IMG/VR virus record: IMGVR_UViG_3300005662_000165
Coordinates: 1 to 28,159 of that record
Direction: 5' to 3' (one strand)
Length of the DNA: 28,159 nt
From: a virus
Lineage: Duplodnaviria; Caudoviricetes
The position numbers were made by a program, and so were the translations under genes. The notes beneath the pieces are model-generated. The model searched no databases and had not been told where the DNA came from. It saw only the letters and a list, made by a program, of their open reading frames with translations. Each line of letters starts with the position of its first letter. Within the stretch, counting starts at the first letter, position 1. Shown here in pieces: positions 1 to 8,506 of the stretch.

Positions 1-3000
1 TTCCTTCTTTTATCCAAAATAAAAGCTAATTTCCTTGGTGGTCATATAGATACTGTTGATGTGTATAATATCGTTAGAAAATTATGTACAGTTAATAATT
101 TAAAAGCTAAACAAGATGAGATTGAAATCCCAGATTTTATAACTCTTTTAATACATAGTTTGATGCCACCAGATGGCGTTGAACCTGATGAAGGGTTTAA
201 CAGACTTAATCGAAACCTAAATATTTTAGATAAATACAACGTTGATTTTAGGTCGTTTAATGGCTTTATAGATGTTAAAACAAACGAGTATTTCGAACTA
301 TATCAGTTAATCTTTATGATCAACAATTTAACTGGTAATGATCTATATGACTTTATGTCAAGATTTTTAATATCTATTTGGTCGAGAGAATTCAACCAAA
401 AAGAGAGAAATAAATTGAGACCACTTGATTCAAAAGGTACATTCGTTGTTTACCCAAGTTCTGGTGGCGACATAGATATTAAAAACCTATTCACTCAAAA
501 TGATGATCCGAGTGTTTATTTAAGTGAAACAAAATCATTTAAAGACGCAAAATATCAGTACCAAAAAACAAATGTAGTTCACACAATATTTCAAACACAG
601 GGTGATGCTTACTTATCAACGCTTAGATATAATGATGGGTCTTTTTCAGAGTATTATGATGTATCTAATGATGTTTTAAAAAGATATGGTAACGATACAC
701 AAATGCTGTATTCCAAAATCAACCCTGGTTTAGCCGAATTTATTGATGTCAATAACAACGTAAACAAATTCTCAGAAAGGTTTACAATACCTTTGGTTAA
801 CCCTTCTTTAGATAACTCACTATTAAACAGATTTACACCAGTTTATTTTAGACCAGAAAACGCACCAACAGATGGTAACCCAATCAATTATTTTGATAGG
901 TATGATGATGTTTATATAACAGCTAACACAACTGACCCTGAAGGTATAAAAAAACTTAAATTTGATAACAAATCTTTAATCTACAACACAAGTAGATTAT
1001 TCTGGTTTGATACACCTAAATATAACAACGTAACAACACCAGAGGTACTTAGATTCGCACCAAAAAACCAAACAGAAAAACCTAGTTTAATTTCTGTTGA
1101 TTATTTAGAATACGCGCACTTTAATTTAAAGAATAAGAGTGTTTACGATTACACCGAAGGTGAGATTTTCTATAATACAAATGGTAATCAGGTTACAACA
1201 TATAATGAATTTAAATCTGGTTTAAATCTTTACATCACTCAAGATGTTAGTCATAATGCTAAGGAATTATCTAACCGCTTTTCCGATAACCAACAACAAC
1301 AAGAGCAACAATCAGCTAAAGCGTTGTTAGACGTCTTTGATGTTGATAAATTAGAAGATTTTAGAACCCTATTTAAAAAGTTTAGTGATGTAACACAAGA
1401 ATCTTACTTTACAAAAACGTTTAATACTTTTGATTTTAAATCATTACTTAAACACACAACCATGTTTGGGTACACTAATTTACCTAATTCACTCACTTTA
1501 GGTGATAGATCATTTAGTAAGGATGAATTATTAGCTTTGTTATGTGGTTACTCAGGTAATTTTATAGAATTCGCTTCAAACACAGGTTTATCAAAAGTAA
1601 TTAACACTGCTTTAACTCTTGGACAAGAAGATAAGGCTAGGTTTGTTATTGATGAGTTTTTAAACGCGAAGATAACAGTTAACAATTACTCAACAGCTGG
1701 GCCGTTATCGATCGAAACTACTGACGTTAACAACCCAAATGGTTTAAGGTTAAACTCCTTCGTCTTTAACCCAATAGTAGCGTATTCATCAAACACCAGG
1801 ACATATGAAAATATAGTTGCGTCTTTAGGTGATGTTTTATTATTTAGAACAATACTATTTGGTGACCAAAATATAACATCGTATAGTGAAAATATCACTG
1901 ACTTAGATAAATTAATAAAAAAATATGTTTATTTTAAGGGTATAACAAAAGATGTTGATCCGACATTAGATGAATTTTTTATTATCACCGAATTAACTAG
2001 AACTTTTTTTAGGAAATTAAATATTCAATTAAACGAAAATAATTTAAAATTATTAGTAACGTATTTAAGAAGTTACATATCTAGTGTATTAAATAAAACT
2101 AATGTTTTAAATATTAATAAAACAACTAAAGATAGTTTATTTAATTTAATACCAGCGCACTCTGATGAGGCCACAATTTATCCGTATAAAGAAGGTGCAA
2201 AAAACACATTATACGATTATAAGAAAAAAGCTGAAGTCACCATAAGTGAAATTAAAAACGGTGTGCTAATTAACACCAATAATAAAATATCATATGCTGT
2301 TGAAGTTTTTGAAGATTTATTCGCGAATGATGAATTTAATGATTGGGTTAAAAAATTTAACAAAGACTTCGTTGAAAAAACTTTAACAACTTTAAATAAT
2401 TCTTTGGGTTCATTTGGTGATAAATTATCGGAAAAGTTAGGTGGTAGTGCTCTAGAACAAACAGAAGGTACTGGTACTTATGCAGAAATATCTAGAGATG
2501 ATATTGAAATTAGAACTGGGACATACTATAGACTAAAAACTCTATACGATAAAAACGTATCATTCACAAATATTGATATTAGTGACGATAGGTTAATAAA
2601 GAAACATAGTTATGAGCTTGGTGGTGCTGACGTCAACGCCATATTAAATAGCCCATTATTTTTTAATTTTAATGTTCAACAACAAGATATTTGTGATGAC
2701 GCTGGTTTATTAGAACCTTCCGATAAAGATCTAAAAGATTTGATTGATTATGTTAGTGTCCTTGATAGGGGTAACAATGCTTTCGGTACAAAAGTCCTTG
2801 TTGACATAGTTTCGTTAAAACAACTTTTATCGGATGATTTATTCAAAGAAGGTGAGATTAATAAAGCCACATCTAAATCAATGTGGACGATATTATCTAA
2901 ACTTGCTAGCGACCACGAGTTTTTATTAATGCCGATGACATCGTATATAAATCTTAGTGGTTCTGTTTCGGAAAACCAAAGCCCTTATGATTTGGCGCAC

Positions 3001-5991
3001 GATATGTTTGGCGTGTTTAAAAACTTGGAGATGTGGGAATCAAACCCAGCATTTATTTTCCAATTCGGTTCGTTAACTTCAAACGTCACAACGGGTAACA
3101 AAAGAAAAAATTCCGCTAATAGTAATCTTGATTTAAGTAACACTTTCTGTTTGGATATAGACTCTAATAGTTTAGATGTCGATGGCAACGGTAAAATACT
3201 TAACGAAGATGCACCAGCTGACGTTAGAAACTCAAATGTATCATCTTTCATAGTTGATTTTGCTAACCAAAACCAAAACATGTTTGAAAGCATACAGCTA
3301 TCAACTGATGAGTTTGCGAATACCGAGGAAAGTATTAAAGCACAGGTTGCGTTGGTATCAACTGATCAACCAGTTTTATCGACAGGTAAGTTATTTAGTG
3401 CAATGGAAAACAGATCGTATTCTTGTACCGTAACAAGTCTCGGTAACGCCACAATACAACCTTTATCTTATTTCTATTTAAGAAATGTGCCGTTGTTTTA
3501 TGGTACATATTGGATTACAAACGTTAGCCATAAAATTACAGCTAACAATATGTCAACAACATTTAAAGGTGTTAGACAACCGATCGCCAGAAAACCAACC
3601 TCAAACATAGCTGTGATCAAAGCCTTACTTAAAAAAGCTAATGAGTTATCAGCTCAACAAGGTTATTTGGATAGAAATGACACAACACCTATACCAACGT
3701 CTGGACAAATCTATATTGATAGAGCGTTTACAGGTGTTTCTGGGACAAATAGTGAAACACAATATGGTTTGTTATACCAAAAGGGTACTGACAGCGATAA
3801 ATATGTTACTTATAATGCGTTGTGGGTTATCGCAGCATACATTAAATTAATGACTGAGGGTGATGAAACTGACACCCCTTTAATCAAAACAATTGTATCG
3901 TATTTACATAACAACGCGTCTGTTTTAGCCGAAGATATTGAGTGGGATATCCAGATTACTGGGCCTTATATGATTGACATCGTTGTTTACGACTTATACC
4001 ATAAACTTGGTTATGATGTTGAACCTACTTTATCAATCAGTAGTTTATTAGATGCTTACCCAACAACTTCTGGTGATGTTTACCAATCAACTTTAGTTAA
4101 GATATTGGAGTTTAAAGGTAAACCGAATGAATTATTAAACTATTTGACTTTAAGTTATGAGGAAAAATATAATCCAAAAACAACTTTAATCACAAATAGT
4201 AAAGATGTTTCTATTACTAATGACGAAACTTTACCTAAAATAAGTTTTCCTGGTGAGATTGCTGATGCAAATATAAGCTCAATAACAAGAGCTAACTATT
4301 GGGTTAGTGAAAAAACAAAGAGTAATTACCAAATATTTAATGGGTTATCAACCTATGAATTGGTTAATTTATTTGACACATCCCCAGCAACTAACTCACC
4401 ATCATTTAGCCAACAAGCAACCCAACAATTACAACAACAAAGCCTTTCAGCGATTCAGTTGGCAAATGTTGCTGACGCAACGTATGTACAAACACCAGTT
4501 TTGTATACACCACCTGTTATTGGGAAAGTTAATGACTCGTTTAAATTACCTAATTCGCCGTTGTTAACAACACAGCAACAACAACCGCAAAGTTTTGCAA
4601 CTCAGTTATTCGCGAACTTACCACAGTTTAATAATACTCAGACAACAACAACAGCCAGTACACCAAGACCAGTCGGTACACAATCCGATGGTTCGTTTGT
4701 TTTTGGAAAAGCGTTCTCAAAAAAGTTTAAACCTAAGGGTTATGACGGTAATGATGAATTGGTTGTGTATGTTATGGGTGGATATGGTAAGAGTAAACAA
4801 TATTCATTCTTTAAGATATGTAAAGACTCTGAAAAATTTGAGGGGGATACTTTAAAGATAACGGAACATGGTTATATTAATTTAGGTGAAATAGGTCAAG
4901 ACACTGGGTCAACTGGCGATACAACATTTATATATACAATTAAGAATGTTAGTGATGAACAAACCAAAAACATTTACACTGCACCAGTACAAAGTAGTGG
5001 CGGTGGTGGTGGTGTCATCTCTGGTTGGTTAGAACCAGTAAATAATTACACAATTACGTCACCTTTCGGACCAAGATGGGGTAGACAACACAAAGGACTT
5101 GATTTAGGTGTACCTGTTGGAACACCAGTTTATAGTTCTTATGATGGTGTTGTGGTTGGTGCTGGTTTATTAGATCCAGATGGTTATGGTAACGTTATTA
5201 TCATAAAACATGAAGGTGTTAACTTAACAACGGTTTATGGTCACTTGAGTGAATTTAATTTATCTGAAACAGGACGTAGTATAAACATACCTGTTAAAGC
5301 TGGCCAACTTATCGGTAAGAGTGGTGGTAAGAAAGGTGCCCCAGGTGCTGGTAGTAGCGGTGGCCCTCACCTACACTATGAGGTTAGACAAGGTTTGGCT
5401 AATGACTATTCAAGTACATTCTCACTTAGTCCTGTAGACCCAGAACCGTACATTAAAGGTGAGGTTGTAACGGTACAAGGTGATAGTAGTACTAAAGGTA
5501 CAGCCCTAACATCAAAAGAAAAGGCCAATAAAGGTGCTAAAATCGCTAAAAATTTGATGCGAGATTTAGGGTTAACAAATGTGCAAGCTGTGGGTATCGT
5601 TGGTAATTTGATCGCGGAGAGTGGTCTTATACCAGATAGAATCCAAGGTGGCGGTGTTAAGGTCGGTAAACTTAGAATCAACGGATCAACTGGATATGGG
5701 TACGCACAATGGACATCGTCAAATAGACAGCAAAATTTAGCTAACTACGCTAAATCAATGGGGGTTGACTATACAACTACTAACTTAACTGATGACATTA
5801 ACTATGGTTTCTTGGTTAAAGAGTTTAAAGATTCTTACAGTGGTATATTAGCTAAATTAAAAAAGAAAACAACTGTTAGATCCGCAACGGAATTAATAAT
5901 GAAAGAATGGGAAAGACCAGCTAATCAATCAGACGAAAAAGTTTCTGAAAGAACGGGTTATTCACAACAAGTTTTAGATGCTATGGGCTAA
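1..5991 (+). CDS. Giant virion protein (5'-partial, >1990 aa): baseplate-hub-like segment plus M23 peptidase and phage tail lysozyme
   Basis: The frame is open from base 1 (FLLLSKIK...), so GTG at 61 is unlikely to be the true start. Segment 3412-3579 (RSYSCTVTSLGNATIQP...GTYWITNVSHKI...STTFKGVR) resembles gp27/GpD/VgrG hub C-terminal barrels. M23 motifs are HKGLD (5089) and HLHYEVR (5368). Tail lysozyme motifs are GIVGNLIAESGL (5593), GYGYAQWT (5692) and WERPA (5908). Confidence 0.85.
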   Translation, partial: FLLLSKIKANFLGGHIDTVDVYNIVRKLCTVNNLKAKQDEIEIPDFITLLIHSLMPPDGVEPDEGFNRLNRNLNILDKYNVDFRSFNGFIDVKTNEYFELYQLIFMINNLTGNDLYDFMSRFLISIWSREFNQKERNKLRPLDSKGTFVVYPSSGGDIDIKNLFTQNDDPSVYLSETKSFKDAKYQYQKTNVVHTIFQTQGDAYLSTLRYNDGSFSEYYDVSNDVLKRYGNDTQMLYSKINPGLAEFIDVNNNVNKFSERFTIPLVNPSLDNSLLNRFTPVYFRPENAPTDGNPINYFDRYDDVYITANTTDPEGIKKLKFDNKSLIYNTSRLFWFDTPKYNNVTTPEVLRFAPKNQTEKPSLISVDYLEYAHFNLKNKSVYDYTEGEIFYNTNGNQVTTYNEFKSGLNLYITQDVSHNAKELSNRFSDNQQQQEQQSAKALLDVFDVDKLEDFRTLFKKFSDVTQESYFTKTFNTFDFKSLLKHTTMFGYTNLPNSLTLGDRSFSKDELLALLCGYSGNFIEFASNTGLSKVINTALTLGQEDKARFVIDEFLNAKITVNNYSTAGPLSIETTDVNNPNGLRLNSFVFNPIVAYSSNTRTYENIVASLGDVLLFRTILFGDQNITSYSENITDLDKLIKKYVYFKGITKDVDPTLDEFFIITELTRTFFRKLNIQLNENNLKLLVTYLRSYISSVLNKTNVLNINKTTKDSLFNLIPAHSDEATIYPYKEGAKNTLYDYKKKAEVTISEIKNGVLINTNNKISYAVEVFEDLFANDEFNDWVKKFNKDFVEKTLTTLNNSLGSFGDKLSEKLGGSALEQTEGTGTYAEISRDDIEIRTGTYYRLKTLYDKNVSFTNIDISDDRLIKKHSYELGGADVNAILNSPLFFNFNVQQQDICDDAGLLEPSDKDLKDLIDYVSVLDRGNNAFGTKVLVDIVSLKQLLSDDLFKEGEINKATSKSMWTILSKLASDHEFLLMPMTSYINLSGSVSENQSPYDLAHDMFGVFKNLEMWESNPAFIFQFGSLTSNVTTGNKRKNSANSNLDLSNTFCLDIDSNSLDVDGNGKILNEDAPADVRNSNVSSFIVDFANQNQNMFESIQLSTDEFANTEESIKAQVALVSTDQPVLSTGKLFSAMENRSYSCTVTSLGNATIQPLSYFYLRNVPLFYGTYWITNVSHKITANNMSTTFKGVRQPIARKPTSNIAVIKALLKKANELSAQQGYLDRNDTTPIPTSGQIYIDRAFTGVSGTNSETQYGLLYQKGTDSDKYVTYNALWVIAAYIKLMTEGDETDTPLIKTIVSYLHNNASVLAEDIEWDIQITGPYMIDIVVYDLYHKLGYDVEPTLSISSLLDAYPTTSGDVYQSTLVKILEFKGKPNELLNYLTLSYEEKYNPKTTLITNSKDVSITNDETLPKISFPGEIADANISSITRANYWVSEKTKSNYQIFNGLSTYELVNLFDTSPATNSPSFSQQATQQLQQQSLSAIQLANVADATYVQTPVLYTPPVIGKVNDSFKLPNSPLLTTQQQQPQSFATQLFANLPQFNNTQTTTTASTPRPVGTQSDGSFVFGKAFSKKFKPKGYDGNDELVVYVMGGYGKSKQYSFFKICKDSEKFEGDTLKITEHGYINLGEIGQDTGSTGDTTFIYTIKNVSDEQTKNIYTAPVQSSGGGGGVISGWLEPVNNYTITSPFGPRWGRQHKGLDLGVPVGTPVYSSYDGVVVGAGLLDPDGYGNVIIIKHEGVNLTTVYGHLSEFNLSETGRSINIPVKAGQLIGKSGGKKGAPGAGSSGGPHLHYEVRQGLANDYSSTFSLSPVDPEPYIKGEVVTVQGDSSTKGTALTSKEKANKGAKIAKNLMRDLGLTNVQAVGIVGNLIAESGLIPDRIQGGGVKVGKLRINGSTGYGYAQWTSSNRQQNLANYAKSMGVDYTTTNLTDDINYGFLVKEFKDSYSGILAKLKKKTTVRSATELIMKEWERPANQSDEKVSERTGYSQQVLDAMG
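5020..5451 (+). other. Peptidase M23 (Zn endopeptidase) domain within the giant protein
   Basis: ITSPFGPRWGRQHKGLDL, GYGNVIIIKH, TVYGHLS, VKAGQLIGKSG, SGGPHLHYEVR and PVDPEPY are present. The HxxxD and HxH zinc ligands are intact. Confidence 0.95.
5520..5988 (+). other. Phage tail lysozyme (Phage_lysozyme2-like) domain within the giant protein
   Basis: GLTNVQAVGIVGNLIAESGL carries the putative catalytic Glu at 5617. GYGYAQWTSSNR and EWERPA are also present. Confidence 0.88.
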
Positions 5992-6037
5992 TATTTATGG
6001 ATATAAGCTTGATTAACAACTTTTATTAAAAAATCAG

Positions 6038-6046
6038 ATATTTATA
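6038..6046 (+). promoter_or_regulatory. ATATTTAT(A) motif, candidate phage late promoter
   Basis: Lies about 15 nt upstream of ATG 6061. The same 8-mer occurs at 5991, 12475 and 15981, all in or at the edge of short intergenic regions. Confidence 0.45.
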
Positions 6047-6060
6047 AGAAAATAACAATT

Positions 6061-6288
6061 ATGAACAACATTGGAAGTAAATTAGACCAGTTCTTGGGTA
6101 AAAGAATTGAAGAAGCCCAAGTAGGAGAAGAAGTATGTGATTTAAAAACAGGTATTTGTTACGTAAAAACAAAAGACGGTTTAATCGAAAGAACTTTAAT
6201 AGAAAAAAAATTAGTCTTAGAGGACGGTAGAGAATTATTGAGAGAAGAATCACCAATAAGCCATTCAACGAAAACATTTTTAAGATGA
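6061..6288 (+). CDS. Hypothetical 75-aa protein with a CDLKTGIC cysteine pair
   Basis: ATG follows an AT-rich leader, and an ATGA overlap couples it to the next gene. No family recognised. Confidence 0.8.
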   Translation: MNNIGSKLDQFLGKRIEEAQVGEEVCDLKTGICYVKTKDGLIERTLIEKKLVLEDGRELLREESPISHSTKTFLR

Positions 6289-7034
6289 GCAACAAATTAG
6301 ATAAAATTTTATCCGAAGAGATAAAGAGGTTTAACAAAATCATGTCCTATCAAGATAGATTGAGCGAAGGGCATCATTATAAATTTTATGAAGCTGAAGA
6401 GGATGAGGTTGCTCCAGAAGAAGCACCTGTAGATGCTGGTGTTGATACAACTGGCGGTGAAGAAGCCGCTCCTGTAGATGCTGGTGTTGATACAACTGGC
6501 GGTGAAGAAGCCGCTCCTGTAGATGATATGGGGGGTGAGGAAGTCCCAGCTGACGATACGGCTATTGATGGTTTGGATACACAAGCTGAAGATGGTGACG
6601 TTGAGGTTGATGTTACTGACTTGGTCAACTCAACAAAGGAAATGGCGGCAAAAGCTGATGATATTGTTCAAAAGATTGCTAGTTCATCTGAGAAGATTGA
6701 GGCTATAATCAATAAAGTTAACAGTGTTGAGCAAAACCTACAAAAAATGGATTCATTAGTACAGCAAATGGATGCTTTAACTAAACAAGTTGAATTAATG
6801 AGACCACCAACTGAAGAGGAAAGAAGAAAGGTTTTAGCTAAGGATTCATACCCTTTTAATGTGACTCAAGACGAGTACATGGCTGGAGCTGGTGTAAAAA
6901 CACAGACTGATTTGGAAAAAAGACCAGATAAAATGTCTATGGTCGATAGTTTGATGAATAACTATAACGAAATGGATATTAAAAATAGTTTTTACAACAC
7001 AAATAATAACGACAAACCAGTAAGCAACTATTAA
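6285..7034 (+). CDS. Acidic, coiled-coil hypothetical protein (possible head scaffold or internal protein)
   Basis: 249 aa. It has an N-terminal helix ILSEEIKRFNKIMSY, a D/E/A/G/P-rich disordered region with a tandem repeat, and a heptad-like segment (LVNSTKEMAAKADDIVQKI...MDALTKQVELM). Function is inferred. Confidence 0.8.
   Translation: MSNKLDKILSEEIKRFNKIMSYQDRLSEGHHYKFYEAEEDEVAPEEAPVDAGVDTTGGEEAAPVDAGVDTTGGEEAAPVDDMGGEEVPADDTAIDGLDTQAEDGDVEVDVTDLVNSTKEMAAKADDIVQKIASSSEKIEAIINKVNSVEQNLQKMDSLVQQMDALTKQVELMRPPTEEERRKVLAKDSYPFNVTQDEYMAGAGVKTQTDLEKRPDKMSMVDSLMNNYNEMDIKNSFYNTNNNDKPVSNY
6426..6525 (+). repeat. Perfect in-frame 45-bp tandem repeat, about 2.2 copies (PVDAGVDTTGGEEAA)
   Basis: cctgtagatgctggtgttgatacaactggcggtgaagaagccgct occurs at 6426 and 6471, plus a partial cctgtagatg at 6516. 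Confidence 0.95.
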
Positions 7035-7035
7035 T

Positions 7036-7341
7036 ATGAACACAAACTCACAAGAATTAGTAACAGTTAAATTAGAACTTGGTGATCCAGCTTTAACGTT
7101 TGTTGAAACAAACGATTATACCATTAAATACTATGGTTTTTTAACGCTTGGTAATACAAACGACACGATCGTTGTAACAATGAACGGTATATCGGACATA
7201 ACATTATCAATGATGGGGTTCATAGAATGCCCAATAGATAGCTTAGAGATTACGGCAGTCAATCAATCGGAGTCTGAATCCGCGGCTGTAACAAAAGCTT
7301 TATTGGTATACGGCATTAAACGATACAAAACAGTATTTTAA
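7036..7341 (+). CDS. Hypothetical 101-aa protein, probably beta-rich
   Basis: Starts 1 nt after the upstream stop and is followed by a terminator. No family recognised. Confidence 0.75.
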   Translation: MNTNSQELVTVKLELGDPALTFVETNDYTIKYYGFLTLGNTNDTIVVTMNGISDITLSMMGFIECPIDSLEITAVNQSESESAAVTKALLVYGIKRYKTVF

Positions 7342-7365
7342 TCAGACAAAAAAATATTTTACAAG

Positions 7366-7390
7366 AAACCCCTTTAGGGGTTTTTTTGTT
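7366..7390 (+). terminator. Rho-independent terminator
   Basis: AAACCCC-TTTA-GGGGTTT hairpin running into TTTTTTTGTT, 25 nt after the stop at 7341. Confidence 0.85.
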
Positions 7391-7417
7391 TGTGGTAAAA
7401 AATATTTGGTCGGGGTA

Positions 7418-7448
7418 TTGACTTTTGGAATAATTGTACCTACTTTTG
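7418..7448 (+). promoter_or_regulatory. Bacteroidota-type housekeeping promoter (-33 TTG, -7 TAnnTTTG)
   Basis: TTG (7418-7420), a 20-nt spacer and TACTTTTG (7441-7448) lie 23 nt upstream of the SSB ATG and just after a terminator. Confidence 0.7.
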
Positions 7449-7471
7449 TACCATAACAAAAATAAATTATT

Positions 7472-8419
7472 ATGATTGACTACAAAAAAATCGATTGGAG
7501 CAAGGCCGCAACAGACACACTGGCCGATTACGAGAAAGCAAAGTCGAAAACTGCACAGACTACCCAATCTAGTTCTGTCGACTTGACAAAGTATTTTACA
7601 ATTGCACTTGATGAGGGTGCACAAAGTGGTGAGAAATCAGTTAGAATTCTTCCTAACCAAGATGACCCCACAAAATGGTACAAAGTTGGTTATTTCCACA
7701 ACTTAAAAATTGGAAAACGATGGACAAAACTTTATGACCCATCACAAGATGGTGAACCATCACCATTGAATGAGATGTACAAATTCTTAATGAAAAGTGA
7801 GGACAAGGAAGAGAGAAAATTGGCCATCCAATACAAATCACGACAATTCTTTATCGTTCGTGTTATTGAGCGTGGTAAGGAGCATGAGGGTGTTAAATTC
7901 TGGAGATTCCCAGCTGTACAAGACGGTTCAGGGATTATGGATAAAATCGCACCGCTTGTTAAAAAGTATGGGGCGTTCTGGAACCCATTTGAAGGTTTCG
8001 ACCTTACAATCTCTATGATCAGAGATAAATCTAAAGATTCAAAAGTCGGTTTCACAAAAGTTGCTTCTATCATCCCTGATAGAGAGTCTAAACTTTCTGA
8101 TGATGAAAATCAAGCAGTAGAGTGGTTGGGTGACCCAATGGCTTGGACTGACGTTTTCAAGAAAAAATCAGTTGAGTATTTGAATATCGTTGCTGAGGGT
8201 AGCGAACCAATCTGGGATGCTGAACAAAAATGTTTCATTGCTAAGGTTGAAGATGGCGTTAGTACATACACACCAACACCAACACCTAAAGCGGTATATG
8301 ATGCACCAGTTGCTATGTCTGAAGAAGATGATGATGATGATTCTTCCGCTATTACAGAAGCACCAGCGGCTGAAGAGGTACCAAACGCTAAATTAAAGAT
8401 TGACGATTTACCGTTCTAA
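7472..8419 (+). CDS. ssb: Single-stranded DNA-binding protein, T4 gp32-like
   Basis: VRILP, FFIVRVIERG...GVKFWRF and GFDLTI segments are typical of gp32-like proteins. It has an acidic C-terminal tail ending DDLPF and sits directly upstream of the recombinase. Confidence 0.82.
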   Translation: MIDYKKIDWSKAATDTLADYEKAKSKTAQTTQSSSVDLTKYFTIALDEGAQSGEKSVRILPNQDDPTKWYKVGYFHNLKIGKRWTKLYDPSQDGEPSPLNEMYKFLMKSEDKEERKLAIQYKSRQFFIVRVIERGKEHEGVKFWRFPAVQDGSGIMDKIAPLVKKYGAFWNPFEGFDLTISMIRDKSKDSKVGFTKVASIIPDRESKLSDDENQAVEWLGDPMAWTDVFKKKSVEYLNIVAEGSEPIWDAEQKCFIAKVEDGVSTYTPTPTPKAVYDAPVAMSEEDDDDDSSAITEAPAAEEVPNAKLKIDDLPF

Positions 8420-8433
8420 GAAAAAATAATATT

Positions 8434-8488
8434 AAAGCATGGATATATGCATTGACATAATGTCTTTGTAAGTGTCCATGCTTTTTTT
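8434..8488 (+). terminator. Long imperfect hairpin plus T7 tract between ssb and the recombinase (terminator, attenuator or processing site)
   Basis: AAAGCATGGA (8434-8443) pairs perfectly with TCCATGCTTT (8475-8484). Inner stems are TAT/GTG, TGCA/TGTA and GACA/TGTC with loop TAA. The T-run is 8482-8488. Confidence 0.65.
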
Positions 8489-8506
8489 ACACCTAAAAAA
8501 TATATC

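Noticed and set aside
61-63. GTG start given for the giant ORF
   Set aside because: The frame is open back to base 1, so the gene most likely begins upstream of the window.
6426-6525. Repeat considered as a CRISPR array
   Set aside because: The copies are directly adjacent with no spacers, are in frame within a CDS, and have no cas genes nearby.
8452-8457. Perfect TTGACA sigma70 -35 hexamer upstream of uvsX
   Set aside because: There is no -10 element at 16-18 nt spacing. The hexamer is explained as part of the hairpin arm.
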